Virus record (IMG/VR): IMGVR_UViG_3300037852_000415
Coordinates: 13,345 to 77,344 of that record
DNA length: 64,000 nucleotides
Strand: one strand, 5' to 3'
Source of the DNA: a virus
Below, in pieces: positions 18,978 through 28,571 of the stretch. The translations under genes and the position numbers were made by a program. The notes beneath the pieces were generated by a model, which ran no database searches, was not told the origin of the DNA, and saw nothing but the letters and a program-made list of their open reading frames with translations. How positions within the stretch are numbered: the first letter of the stretch is position 1; every line of letters begins with the position of its first letter.

Positions 18978-19616
18978 ATGGTTGTACAGCAAGCGCGCGC
19001 AGGCGCATGGGGCTGCGACACCGACACGAAGCTGACAGCCACCAGCGCCGCGGCGCTCTGCAAGGCGGGCATCGTCTTCTGCATCAGGTACCTCAGCCTA
19101 GGTAGCGAGAATCCCGGCGACTTGAATCAAGCCGAAGTAGCTGCGGTTCTGGGCGCCGGGCTGGCACTCATGGCCGTCCAACACGTGCGGGAGCCGGGGT
19201 GGCTGCCCAGCCTCGCGCAAGGCGCGTCTGACGGCTCCCACGCGGCAGGAAACGCCGTCGCCGCCGGCATGCCCGCCGGAGCCACCGTTTGGCTAGATCT
19301 AGAGGGGGTATCGACTGCCGCGCCCGCTGACGTCGTCATCGCCTACTGCAACGCCTGGAATTCCGCAGTAGCCCAAGATGGCTACGACACCGGGCTCTAC
19401 GTAGGTGCGATGCAACCCCTCGACGAGAATCAGCTTTTTAGTCTCAATGTGCAGCGCTATTGGCGTAGCCAATCGCTGGTGCCCAACGTGGCGCGCCGGG
19501 GGTACTGCATGTACCAGGCGTACCCCTCGCAGACGCTGGCGGGCATCAGCGTCGACTTCAACATGGTGTCGGAAGACGCCCTGGGCGGGCTTCCCCGCTG
19601 GGCAATCGCTGCTTGA
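18978..19616 (+). CDS. DUF1906/GH25-like glycoside hydrolase (probable endolysin)
   Basis: GCDT, FCIRYL, VWLDLE, GLYVG, VDFN. Confidence 0.8.
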   Translation: MVVQQARAGAWGCDTDTKLTATSAAALCKAGIVFCIRYLSLGSENPGDLNQAEVAAVLGAGLALMAVQHVREPGWLPSLAQGASDGSHAAGNAVAAGMPAGATVWLDLEGVSTAAPADVVIAYCNAWNSAVAQDGYDTGLYVGAMQPLDENQLFSLNVQRYWRSQSLVPNVARRGYCMYQAYPSQTLAGISVDFNMVSEDALGGLPRWAIAA

Positions 19617-19638
19617 AGCCGCCGCTACCGCATATCTC

Positions 19639-19666
19639 TTGACGCGCCAGGCAAGCCTGCTAGCCT
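19639..19666 (+). promoter_or_regulatory. sigma70-like promoter
   Basis: TTGACG-16nt-TAGCCT with extended TG. Confidence 0.55.
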
Positions 19667-19671
19667 CCTAG

Positions 19672-19753
19672 TGATTCCTCGCTCCCCCAGCGAGGCTTCC
19701 ACCTGCACGGCTCCGGCCCCCGGCGATTCTCCTCCCCGGGGGCCGTAGTTTTT
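19672..19753 (+). ncRNA. candidate small RNA with two C-rich-loop hairpins and a U-tract terminator
   Basis: Stems 19677-83/19689-95 and 19714-23/19736-45 (10 bp perfect), then TAGTTTTT; promoter directly upstream. Confidence 0.5.
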
Positions 19754-19876
19754 CTGGCGCAGGCACTTGCGCGGCTTCATCGCCGGGCTTATGTCTATCC
19801 GGCGCGGTTGATTCCGCGTAGAGGCGCTGTCGGTTACACCCACCGCGTCTCTTTGCTAGGTGGAAGGTGGAACGAG

Positions 19877-20677
19877 ATGGCGCTACCCGCCAGTGCGCTC
19901 GAGAAGTCGCAGTATCTCCGACTCCTGCTCATGGGCCAGGCGAAAGTCGGCAAAACCAGTACATGTGTGGCCACCTCACCCGGGCCCGTTAGGGTACTGC
20001 TCGCCGAAGATGACTCCGCACTGCTCTACGCGAAAGAGTTGACCGACGATTTCTCTTTCGATCGCATCAAGGGGTGGAATTCGATGCAGCAGGCACTGAC
20101 GGAGGCGAAGCAAGACGCCGCCGCCGGGAAGTTGAAGACTGTTATCGTCGATCCGCTGTCCGATTTCGCGTATAGGCTCGAGGAGGAGTGCCTGGCGCTC
20201 ACCGATAGCGGTAGCGGCCCCGACGGGCGTAGGGCGTACCCTGAGTACAATAAGCGGCTACGGCACATGCTCGAAAGACTCTTCATGCTCCCGTGCCACG
20301 TAGTGGTTATCACGCACTACATCGAGACGGGCGGCGAAGTCTCCGATACCCAAACGCAGAAGACTGGCGAAGGTATCGTTCCGCTCCTCGCCGGCAAAGC
20401 AAGAGCGCTCGTCGCCGCGAAGTTCGCCGACGTCGTGTGGATGGAGATGAGAAAGGGCGAGCGCATCTTCGTCACCGGCCCCGAAGGTCGCTGGGGCCCC
20501 GGCTGCCGCAACATCGACGGCACCAAGATTCTTCCGGCCGACATCGGCCAGCTTCTGAAAGCTTTCAAAAATCGCGGTAAAGATCTTCGGGCACCGGAAG
20601 CAGGCTCGCCTGCTAACGGCGCTACGCAAACGCCACGTCGCGCCGAGAGCGCGCCGCAAAGACAGGTGAGACGATGA
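19877..20677 (+). CDS. AAA_24/Sak4-like ATPase (recombination)
   Basis: LLMGQAKVGKT Walker A, TVIVDPLS Walker B, VVVITH. Confidence 0.8.
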   Translation: MALPASALEKSQYLRLLLMGQAKVGKTSTCVATSPGPVRVLLAEDDSALLYAKELTDDFSFDRIKGWNSMQQALTEAKQDAAAGKLKTVIVDPLSDFAYRLEEECLALTDSGSGPDGRRAYPEYNKRLRHMLERLFMLPCHVVVITHYIETGGEVSDTQTQKTGEGIVPLLAGKARALVAAKFADVVWMEMRKGERIFVTGPEGRWGPGCRNIDGTKILPADIGQLLKAFKNRGKDLRAPEAGSPANGATQTPRRAESAPQRQVRR

Positions 20678-20703
20678 AGAAAAGACAGGTGAGACGATGA
20701 AGA
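20658..20703 (+). repeat. perfect 23-bp tandem duplication
   Basis: AAAGACAGGTGAGACGATGAAGA x2. Confidence 0.95.
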
Positions 20704-21053
20704 AGCGTACTAAGAAGTGTCCTGCGCCCTCGGCAATAGTGATGGCGGGAGTTATCCCTCGGTACCAAGAAGATGACGTGGCCTTCGTGATGCAGGAGCT
20801 GCCGAAATACGAGCCGTGCTCTATAGGCGGTTTCACTGAGGCCATAGGGGCCAACGTGCGATGGACATGCCCGTCCGGTACGATGCCCTCCAAAGAGTAC
20901 AACCGTATGTACGCAGCTTTCCTCGATGCCCAGCGTCGAGGTCTTATCATCAAGCCGGCCGGTAGAAGTAGCTGGCGAGTCTTAGGCGGAAGTAGGGGCG
21001 AAGGTACTAGATGGGCGCCTACAGCCCCGACTGAGTGGGCCCCGAAATCGTAG
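20697..21053 (+). CDS. hypothetical protein
   Basis: AGGTGAG RBS. Confidence 0.5.
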   Translation: MKKRTKKCPAPSAIVMAGVIPRYQEDDVAFVMQELPKYEPCSIGGFTEAIGANVRWTCPSGTMPSKEYNRMYAAFLDAQRRGLIIKPAGRSSWRVLGGSRGEGTRWAPTAPTEWAPKS

Positions 21054-21097
21054 CTTTTTTTCGTTTCGTGAACCAGCAACAGGAAGGAAGCCTAACA

Positions 21098-21691
21098 ATG
21101 GCCTCTACTCAGAATCACACCAACAGTAACGGCAAGGGCGCCTACGACTTCAAGCCCGTCGACTTCGACAAGACCATCGAGCCCGATGCGGCCCCCGGGC
21201 AGTACAAGGCGACTCTCGAGGACGTCAAGGTGTCCAAGACGAGCCGCGATGAGTACCCGATGCTCATCCTCGAGTGGCAGCTCACCGAATCGCTCGGTGA
21301 CAGCCCCGAACAGGAGAAGAGCGTCGGCGCGACGGTCACCGGCTTCCTCGTCTTCCCCCCGAACCAGGCGAAGGGCGCCTCGCTTCAGAAGCGCACCTAC
21401 GCGCAGCTCTGCGAGCTGATCGGTGTCGACACGGACCTCGTGCCGACGCGCCTCACGTCGAAGGCGGACTTCCTCGACTTCATCAAGGAAGTGAAGGGCG
21501 GAAGCGCCGAGATCTGGGTCTCCCACCGAGCCGACAAGTCGACCGGCGAGATGCGCATCAACGTCAACTACACCGCGCCGCGCGGTGCGATGGCGCCGAT
21601 GCCTTCTGGCTCGGAAGACGAGCCGGAGGAGGCGCACAACCGCTCGCGTTCGCGTAGCGGTGGCGCTAAGGGGCGTTCGGCGCGCCGCTAG
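21098..21691 (+). CDS. DUF669-like OB-fold/SSB protein
   Basis: PGQYKATLEDVKVSKTS..YPMLILEW; strong AGGAAGG RBS; near the Sak4-like gene. Confidence 0.65.
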   Translation: MASTQNHTNSNGKGAYDFKPVDFDKTIEPDAAPGQYKATLEDVKVSKTSRDEYPMLILEWQLTESLGDSPEQEKSVGATVTGFLVFPPNQAKGASLQKRTYAQLCELIGVDTDLVPTRLTSKADFLDFIKEVKGGSAEIWVSHRADKSTGEMRINVNYTAPRGAMAPMPSGSEDEPEEAHNRSRSRSGGAKGRSARR

Positions 21692-21704
21692 TCGGCGCCA
21701 AAGA

Positions 21705-21781
21705 CTTAGCGGCCCACGGTAGGTGCGGAAACACCATAAAGCTGTCGGACCTCCTGCCGACAGTCACCGTGGGCCGCTGAG
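21705..21781 (+). ncRNA. three-way-junction RNA fold with ACCUCCU loop
   Basis: 16-bp closing stem 21705-20/21766-81; inner hairpins 21722-35 and 21742-63. Confidence 0.5.
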
Positions 21782-21789
21782 GCTACTTC

Positions 21790-21882
21790 GGGGCGTCTTG
21801 GCGAAGTGGCGGAGACGTATCGGGGCGATGGGCCCCGTGTACGTTGCGCTTACTGTAGGTTCGATTCCTACCCGCTCCACCA
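21790..21882 (+). tRNA. atypical tRNA-like element (class-II shape, Ala-type acceptor, abnormal anticodon loop)
   Basis: T-arm GTAGG-TTCGATT-CCTAC, 3' CCGCTCC-ACCA, 5' GGGGCG, D-arm-like TGGCGAAGTGG..AGACG. Confidence 0.5.
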
Positions 21883-21883
21883 G

Positions 21884-22096
21884 ATGAAAAGCAAAGACGA
21901 GACACTGTCTATCGATAACTGCCGCTGCACGAAGGAGACTTCGTTCGCGATTCTCGTACTCAGCGACTTCTTCGACAAGGGCGAGGAGTGGATTCCGCAG
22001 AGCCAGATTCACGACGACAGCGAGGTGTACCGCGAAGGCACCGAGGGCACTCTAGTGGTGTCGGCGTGGCTTGCGCAAAAGCGAGGATGGCTATGA
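21884..22096 (+). CDS. small phage-type hypothetical protein
   Basis: ET..AILV...WIPQSQI..DSEV...G..GTLVVS.WLA. Confidence 0.65.
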   Translation: MKSKDETLSIDNCRCTKETSFAILVLSDFFDKGEEWIPQSQIHDDSEVYREGTEGTLVVSAWLAQKRGWL

Positions 22097-22292
22097 GCGA
22101 CGGGATGTCTGACGCCAACGCCGTGGGCGCCTTGGCCGGTAAGCTGAGAAATGCTGCTTACGAACTGCGTGATGCTATCAAGGCCGCGCGTGATGGGCGC
22201 CGGGGACTTTCGGTGGCGGTGCTGGCAGAAGTCAACGAAGTGCTCGACGGCTCCGGCTACCATCTCGCCGTGACGTGGGAGGAGCGCCCCCA

Positions 22293-22703
22293 ATGAAGCG
22301 TCGCGTCTACGTAGCCGGAGCCTTCGCCGAGATGCGACGCGCCAAAACGGCGATGCGCATCGTTCAAGAGCTCGGCTACCACCTCAATCTCGACTGGACG
22401 GCATCGATAGACGCCGTCGCTGGCGTCGCTGATAGAGACCTGCCCGCCGAAGCCGCCCGGCGCTACGCCGACGGTGACATCAACGGCGTCCTCGGGTGCG
22501 ACGTCTTCTGGTTTCTAGTGCCACCCGACGGCAAGGGCCGCGGCGCCTGGGTGGAGCTCGGGGCCGCCATCGCTTCGCCGCGATGCCAGATCATCGCGAG
22601 CGGCGACGCGAAGAGCTCCATCTTTCTCACGTTGGTAGATAAGCTATTCGCCACCGACGAAGAGGCGGCGGCGTGGCTAAAGGAGACGAAGCGCGATGGC
22701 TAA
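22293..22703 (+). CDS. nucleoside 2-deoxyribosyltransferase-like protein
   Basis: VYVAG, D...V..CD, GAWVELGAA. Confidence 0.7.
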   Translation: MKRRVYVAGAFAEMRRAKTAMRIVQELGYHLNLDWTASIDAVAGVADRDLPAEAARRYADGDINGVLGCDVFWFLVPPDGKGRGAWVELGAAIASPRCQIIASGDAKSSIFLTLVDKLFATDEEAAAWLKETKRDG

Positions 22704-22978
22704 AGTACGTAAACACGTGCGCAAGCCGATAAGACGGCATCATCGCTGCGAGCCGCGAGAGAGCGAGCTGACAATCTGCATACCATGCAAGATGGGCACA
22801 CATCAAGCGCTGGCGACTATGACCGCCGTCGATGGCGGGCTGTACTTTCGCGTCGTGGACGTGCAGGGTTCATGCGGAGCTACGGAGTACATCAGCATCA
22901 ACGGCCTCGAGCTGCATACCGCGCTTCATGCGCTCGGCTTCGTGCGCCTCAACGACAGAGACGGGTGGGGCTGAGACT

Positions 22979-23332
22979 ATGCGCGTTCTCGTCTGCGGCG
23001 GGCGCGACTACGAAGACTGCTTCGCCGTCTTCAAGACGCTTGACGACTTCCACAAGAAGGAGGCGCGCATTATTTGGCTCATCAACGGCGGCGCAAGTGG
23101 CGCCGACGAGTTCGCTCGTCAGTGGGCCGAAAGCAATTCCGTGCCTGTCACCGTCTTCAAGCCCGACTGGAAGCTATACGGCAGATCCGCGGGGCCGAAG
23201 AAGAATGGCGAGATGCTCTACAAAGGGCGCCCCGATATCGTCCTCGCCTTCCCCGGGGGCGCCGGCACGCGCAACATGATGCGCCAGGCCGAACTATTCG
23301 GCGTCGCGACGCGTCGCTGTGGTAGACTCTAG
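22979..23332 (+). CDS. DUF2493 (SLOG/YspA-like) protein
   Basis: MRVLVCGGRDY, GASGAD, YGRSAGP..N..ML, AFPGGAGT. Confidence 0.85.
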   Translation: MRVLVCGGRDYEDCFAVFKTLDDFHKKEARIIWLINGGASGADEFARQWAESNSVPVTVFKPDWKLYGRSAGPKKNGEMLYKGRPDIVLAFPGGAGTRNMMRQAELFGVATRRCGRL

Positions 23333-23588
23333 CTTCCGATGTTTGGTGACGTGATGGGGGAAGTGCTCGAGGAGTTTGCCGAGGCGCAGCAGAGAGTACC
23401 CCTGCGCTTCCTCACCGCCGGTATGCGGCGACGCGGCGAGCCCGAGGCAGAGTTGGCTAAGCTAAAGGCATGGGCGCGTGATAACCCCGAGAGGGCGCGC
23501 GCATCTGTACGTGCGTGGCAGCACGCCAATCGCGCACGGTGCACGGAGATGAAGCGGTTGTGGCGCGCTAGGCAGAAGGCGCTCGGCG

Positions 23589-26138
23589 ATGCCGCAGCCG
23601 AGTAGCTACGAGCCGCGCGACTTCGGCGCCAAGTGCGACTCTTGCCCCCTCAAAGGCAGTACCGTCGTGCCGCCCACGCCAAGCTTCGGCAAGACACGGC
23701 TTGCTATCGTAGGCGAGGCGCCGGGGAAGCTCGAAGTGAGGGAGAAGCGCGGCTTCGTCGGGCCTTCGGGGAAGCTTCTCGACCAAGTGCTTGCCGACGC
23801 CGACTTCGATAGGCGCGACGCTTGGATTACTAACGCGTGTCTGTGCCGCCTCGATGACGAGCGCGACCTCCCCCGAGCGGCGGCGTGCTGCTCGATGCGC
23901 CTCGCAAACGAACTGGCGGCGCTTCCCGCCGAGGCGCCTATTCTCGCCCTCGGCGCAAGCGCTGCGAAGGCCGTCATCGGCAAGGGCGGCATCCTCAAGG
24001 CGCGCGGCTTCATCTGGAAAATAGACGCTATCAAAGCGGCTGCGTTGAAAGGCGCCCAGCGCGTCGTCAACAAGCGCCGGGCGACGCGCAAGACAGTCGT
24101 CAACGACGAGCGCCTCGCGAAAGCTGAATCGAGCCTCTGGCTTCTGCAAGCGCGCGACAAGCTCGAGGGGCGCATCGTCATTCCGTCGATTCACCCCGCC
24201 TTCCTCCTGCGCGGCGCCGATGCGTGGATGCCGCTCTTGCGTATCGACGTCAACAGAGCTGTACGTTATAGCCACCATCCCCTGAAGCTCGAGAGCGACG
24301 TGCGCTTCATCGAGACGGACAACCTCGTCGTAGTGAAGCGGCAGCTAGCCAAGCTGCCCAAGCACGTATCGATTGACGTTGAGAGCGATGGGCCCGATCC
24401 ACTCCACTGTAAGCTCGATTGTGTGGGCATCATCGGATTCGACCCCGAGAAGGGCGTACTCGTCGGGCCGGCTTTGATTATGAGCCCGTGGCGCAAGAAG
24501 TTCAGCAAACTGCTCAACGAGGCACTTCGCGAGCGCGTGTCCGTCGGACACAACCTGATCTCCTTCGACGAGACGGTGCTGCGGCGATACGGCGTCCGCA
24601 TGCCGCAGAGAGAGGATACGCTCCTCGCGCACCATGCCTTCGCCTCTCACGTGCGCCAGGGGCTAGATCACGTAGCCAGCGTCTACACCGACGCCGAGCC
24701 TTGGAAGCAGATTCACAAGGCGCGCGGCAACGATGAAAAGGGCCAGGGGTTCGCCGTCAAAGAGCTAGCGAGGTACAACGCCAGCGACGTAGGTTTGACG
24801 GCGCTTGCGTGGATGCGCATGGCGCCGGACCTCGAGCCGGAGCACGAAGTATACGAGGCTGACAAGAAGCTCGCCGAGCTATGCTGCAAGATGCAGCGCG
24901 CCGGAGTGCGCGTCGACATAGAGCGCCGTGACTATCTCGCGCGGAAGCTTCGCTCGAGAGCTGCGGGCTTGAAGGGGGAGATGAGGAAGCTTCTGCGCAA
25001 ACCGAGCTTCAACCCCAATAAGCCCGGCGATATCAGGCAGGCCCTCTTCACGACGCTGCGAGCCCCTATCATGTCTCTGACGCCCACAGGGCTCCCGTCG
25101 ACAGCCAGCGGTACTCTCGAGGCGCTCCAAAAGTCCGAGTCGCGAGCGGGCACGCTGAGTGACTTGATTATCCGCTATCGCGCATGCGGCAAAACGGTAA
25201 GCACCTTCCTCGATGGTATCGACATCGCCCCCGACGGCCGGGTGCATTCATCGTGGCGCGCCTTCGGTACCCGCACCGGTAGGCTATCTTCCCAACACCC
25301 AAACATGCAAAACGCGACGAGAAGAGTGCTTCGAGACGAGCTGAAAAAGGCTACGAAGGAGCGTATCAAGGAATTGGGCGATGAAGCGTACGAGCTAGAG
25401 ACACGGGTTCGTGAGATCTATGTCGCATCGCCCGAGTGCGCGTTAGTGTACTTCGATCTTTCGCAGAGCGAGATGAGAGGGGCTGCGTATCTGAGCGGGG
25501 ACCCAAACTTCATCAAGAGCTGTGAGTCGGGCGACGTACACACGGCCAACGCGCGCATTCTGTTCCCGTGGGCGTCAGAGGAGCTGAAGGACCCGAAGGG
25601 CGCTGGTAAAAAGTACCGAGATGTAACGAAGTCGTGTGGGTTCGGGGTACTGTACCTAGCCGAGACGCAAACGATCTTCAGCTACCTCCAGGGGCAGGGC
25701 TTCGATGTTAGCTTGGCGGACGTCGAAGCTATGTTCAACGAGATTCACCAGACGTACTCGCGCTATTACGAGTACTGCGAAGAGAACTACGAAGCGTGTC
25801 GCAAGACGGGTATGCTGCGCACGGCACTGGCCGGTCGGGCTATGCACCTGTCTTTCTATCCGAAGCCGCAGGAGTGTGCGAACGCTATGGTACAGAGCTT
25901 CATCGCAGACTTGATGAACGAGCGTCTGGTGTATCTGAACGAGCTGCTCCCCAAAGGTGCGCGTATCTTGATGCAGGTGCACGACTCGGCCATCATCGAG
26001 GCGCCCGTCGGATTAGTAGATGATGTAAAAGCTATTGTTCAGAGCGTTTGGGCGCAAAAGATCCACGTGCCGACGTCAGGGTTAGACTTCGTGCTCCCTA
26101 TCGACTTGAAGATGGGGGAAAGGCTAAGCGACTTCTAG
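23589..26138 (+). CDS. polA: family A DNA polymerase with N-terminal family-4 uracil-DNA glycosylase and 3'-5' exonuclease domains
   Basis: UDG: CDSCPL, VGEAPG, FVGPSG, HPA. Exo: DVES, GHN..FD, YNASD. Pol: DLSQSEMR, KSCGFGVLY, QVHDS. Confidence 0.92.
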   Translation: MPQPSSYEPRDFGAKCDSCPLKGSTVVPPTPSFGKTRLAIVGEAPGKLEVREKRGFVGPSGKLLDQVLADADFDRRDAWITNACLCRLDDERDLPRAAACCSMRLANELAALPAEAPILALGASAAKAVIGKGGILKARGFIWKIDAIKAAALKGAQRVVNKRRATRKTVVNDERLAKAESSLWLLQARDKLEGRIVIPSIHPAFLLRGADAWMPLLRIDVNRAVRYSHHPLKLESDVRFIETDNLVVVKRQLAKLPKHVSIDVESDGPDPLHCKLDCVGIIGFDPEKGVLVGPALIMSPWRKKFSKLLNEALRERVSVGHNLISFDETVLRRYGVRMPQREDTLLAHHAFASHVRQGLDHVASVYTDAEPWKQIHKARGNDEKGQGFAVKELARYNASDVGLTALAWMRMAPDLEPEHEVYEADKKLAELCCKMQRAGVRVDIERRDYLARKLRSRAAGLKGEMRKLLRKPSFNPNKPGDIRQALFTTLRAPIMSLTPTGLPSTASGTLEALQKSESRAGTLSDLIIRYRACGKTVSTFLDGIDIAPDGRVHSSWRAFGTRTGRLSSQHPNMQNATRRVLRDELKKATKERIKELGDEAYELETRVREIYVASPECALVYFDLSQSEMRGAAYLSGDPNFIKSCESGDVHTANARILFPWASEELKDPKGAGKKYRDVTKSCGFGVLYLAETQTIFSYLQGQGFDVSLADVEAMFNEIHQTYSRYYEYCEENYEACRKTGMLRTALAGRAMHLSFYPKPQECANAMVQSFIADLMNERLVYLNELLPKGARILMQVHDSAIIEAPVGLVDDVKAIVQSVWAQKIHVPTSGLDFVLPIDLKMGERLSDF

Positions 26139-26818
26139 TGTGGGCTCACGAGTACATAGGTCTGCGGTTCAACAGGCTCCTGGTCGTGGGTGTCAGGCGT
26201 CGTAACGGCACCAACGTACTCGAGTGCAAGTGCGACTGCGGCAACACCTCTATACAAGAACTGGGAAACATACGCAGGGTTATGTCATGCGGCTGCTTTC
26301 GAGATGAGGGCTGGCGGCACGGTGACTGTAAGCGGAGCGAGAAGGCCCCAGAGTACGCTATCTGGGTATCTATGATTCAGCGCTGCACCAACAAGAGATG
26401 CGCTGCGTACAAGTTATACGGCGCTCGTGGAATCACAGTAGCCAGACGTTGGTACGACTACCGCAACTTCATAGCCGACGTGGGCGAGCGCCCGTCTGAA
26501 GACTTGTCTCTAGAGAGAATCGACAACGATAAAGGGTACGAGCCAGGCAACGTGCGTTGGGCCACCACGCACGATCAGAACCGCAACCGCCGCGGGAATT
26601 GGAAGATCACTTACCGGGACGAGATAAGGTGCATCGTCGACTGGGCCAACGACCCAGAGTGCGTAGTCTCTGTCACGACGCTGCGTAAGCGCCTTCTCGC
26701 AGGCTGGAAGATGAAGGACGCGATGCAGACACCTCCGAAAAAGGTGGGGCGCTGGCTTTGGGCAGCGGATAGGGGCTTGCCTTCCGCCAAGCGCAGCCCA
26801 ACGATAGAGGCTCAATGA
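26138..26818 (+). CDS. HNH homing-endonuclease-like protein
   Basis: CKCDCG, SCGC, W.SM.QRC, YGARGI, SLERIDNDKGYEPGNVRWAT. Confidence 0.85.
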   Translation: MWAHEYIGLRFNRLLVVGVRRRNGTNVLECKCDCGNTSIQELGNIRRVMSCGCFRDEGWRHGDCKRSEKAPEYAIWVSMIQRCTNKRCAAYKLYGARGITVARRWYDYRNFIADVGERPSEDLSLERIDNDKGYEPGNVRWATTHDQNRNRRGNWKITYRDEIRCIVDWANDPECVVSVTTLRKRLLAGWKMKDAMQTPPKKVGRWLWAADRGLPSAKRSPTIEAQ

Positions 26819-27076
26819 GCTACGATCTGCTCATCAGCGCCATCTGGAATATGGCAGGCTTCGGTGCTCTGCCCCCACTGTACGGGCCAGGTTCCTCCAT
26901 CCCCGCTATCCGCTGCGATGACGACGACGACGACGGAGTCGTCTCGACAGCGCCGCCGCCGAAGAAGAAGCCGCGAGACCCGAAGGATTGGCTCTACAAG
27001 CACCAGCTCGTCTTCTGTCCGAAGTGCAGGTGCATCTACTCGTTGACGTGCACGGAACACGGGGTCAAGTGGAACG

Positions 27077-27742
27077 ATGGCGACTAAGAGCGTAAGCGGC
27101 TTCGTATCGCTGGCGCAACGCATCGTGCGCCTCGTCAGCTTCGAGCATCTGCAGTGGCGCCACCACGGCCTCGGCATGATGCAAGCGGAGCTCGACGATA
27201 GTGTGCGCATACACGTGTGGCACCCTGACTTGCGCACGATTCCGGCGACGAACCTGAGGTGCGTGCACGACCACCGCTTCAACCTCGAGAGCGCCGTCAT
27301 CGTTGGCTGCATCATCGACACGCCCTACATCGTTCTCATTGGCGAACAGCCGTTCCTGTCGACGCGCAACGCGACGCCCGAGTTCTTCAAGACGGAAGCG
27401 TTTGCCATCAGGCACGCGAAGGTGCAGGGGCACTTCGCCGCACCGCTGAGCGGTGACGTCACGCAAGACAGAGATGTCTTCGACAGCGTCTCGCTCGGCG
27501 AGGCGTGGGCAAAAGAAGCACCATCTATCAGGCGCAAGGCGGGCACCAGCTACAGCATCGCGCGCCGCGACTGGCACATGACGCGCGTCGAGGCGCTTGC
27601 GGTGACCGTCGTCTATCGCTACGACTTCGACGACAGACCGGCGCGCATCCTGGGCAACGGCAAGAGTGGCATCGTCAAGAATTCCGACAAGGCGCTCGTG
27701 AAGCGGATACTGTCTGAAGCATCAGACTTGGTGCGGAGGTAG
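27077..27742 (+). CDS. hypothetical protein, possibly cupin-like
   Basis: RIHVWHP, HDHRF..ES.V..G. Confidence 0.55.
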   Translation: MATKSVSGFVSLAQRIVRLVSFEHLQWRHHGLGMMQAELDDSVRIHVWHPDLRTIPATNLRCVHDHRFNLESAVIVGCIIDTPYIVLIGEQPFLSTRNATPEFFKTEAFAIRHAKVQGHFAAPLSGDVTQDRDVFDSVSLGEAWAKEAPSIRRKAGTSYSIARRDWHMTRVEALAVTVVYRYDFDDRPARILGNGKSGIVKNSDKALVKRILSEASDLVRR

Positions 27743-27936
27743 GCCGTGTGGGTTATCAAGCGATATAACAGAGCAGGTAGTGTGCCTTCGTGTGAGTACT
27801 ACACTCCTGTCAACAACTGGAGCTCGCTGCAGGCGTACGCTTTGGTGTACGGTAAGCGAGATCAAGCCCTCGGTGTAGCGCTGTGGCTGCGCGCACTCGG
27901 TGAGCCGGCTCGCGTCTACAGGCTGCAGGCGAAGAC

Positions 27937-28323
27937 GTGAAGCGCGCCGTTCTCCTCTTTACGCCATCCAACGCGCGGCTCAACGTCGAAGTAGCGTCTA
28001 CGCCCAGCGAGATTGCGCAAGGCCTATCGTTCCGCAGAGACTTGGCGGCTGATGCCGGTATGCTCTTCATCATGCCCGGCGAGAAGGCATGGAGAATGTG
28101 GATGAAAGATTGCCTATTCTCGCTTGACCTTGTTTTCGCCAATGCGCAGGGTATCGTTGTCGGTACCATCGAGCAGGTGCCGAGGCCGCCGCCGCTTGTA
28201 ACGTGGGGTGTCGACGAGCCGAGTCAGTGGGTGATTGAGGCGCGTGCGGGGTGGGTGAGGAGCGTAGGTGTGAAGGTGGGAAGCCGTGTCTTTACAGAAT
28301 CGGGGGGCTTCGGCAATGGCTAG
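27937..28323 (+). CDS. DUF192 protein
   Basis: VEVA.T....QGL.FR..L....GMLF, MWMK....LD.VF, VIE..AG. Confidence 0.85.
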   Translation: MKRAVLLFTPSNARLNVEVASTPSEIAQGLSFRRDLAADAGMLFIMPGEKAWRMWMKDCLFSLDLVFANAQGIVVGTIEQVPRPPPLVTWGVDEPSQWVIEARAGWVRSVGVKVGSRVFTESGGFGNG

Positions 28324-28571
28324 TGGTTTTGGGATTACGTCTGGGGCAATGCGTTGGTACTGCCGGCATGCAGCGGTGGGTGTGGCGATGAGTGCGCATA
28401 TCGGTGACGTCGCCGGCTTCGCTGTGTGGGTGTCGCGCGGCGGCGTGGAGGTGCACGGTGACATCACTACCAATCGCCGCGACCTCACGCCCGTAGAGGC
28501 GCGCAACCTCGCGGCGCTTCTCGTGCGCGCTGGTGACGAGGTGGAACGTATGAGGGAAAGGAATCGAGTCA

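Noticed and set aside
19877-20677. Genome-packaging ATPase
   Set aside because: Motifs and the DUF669-like neighbour fit an AAA_24/Sak4 recombination ATPase.
21855-21882. attP core (3' tRNA fragment) or tmRNA gene
   Set aside because: It is 36 kb from the integrase, a 5' half is present, and no tag reading frame was recognised. Not fully excluded.
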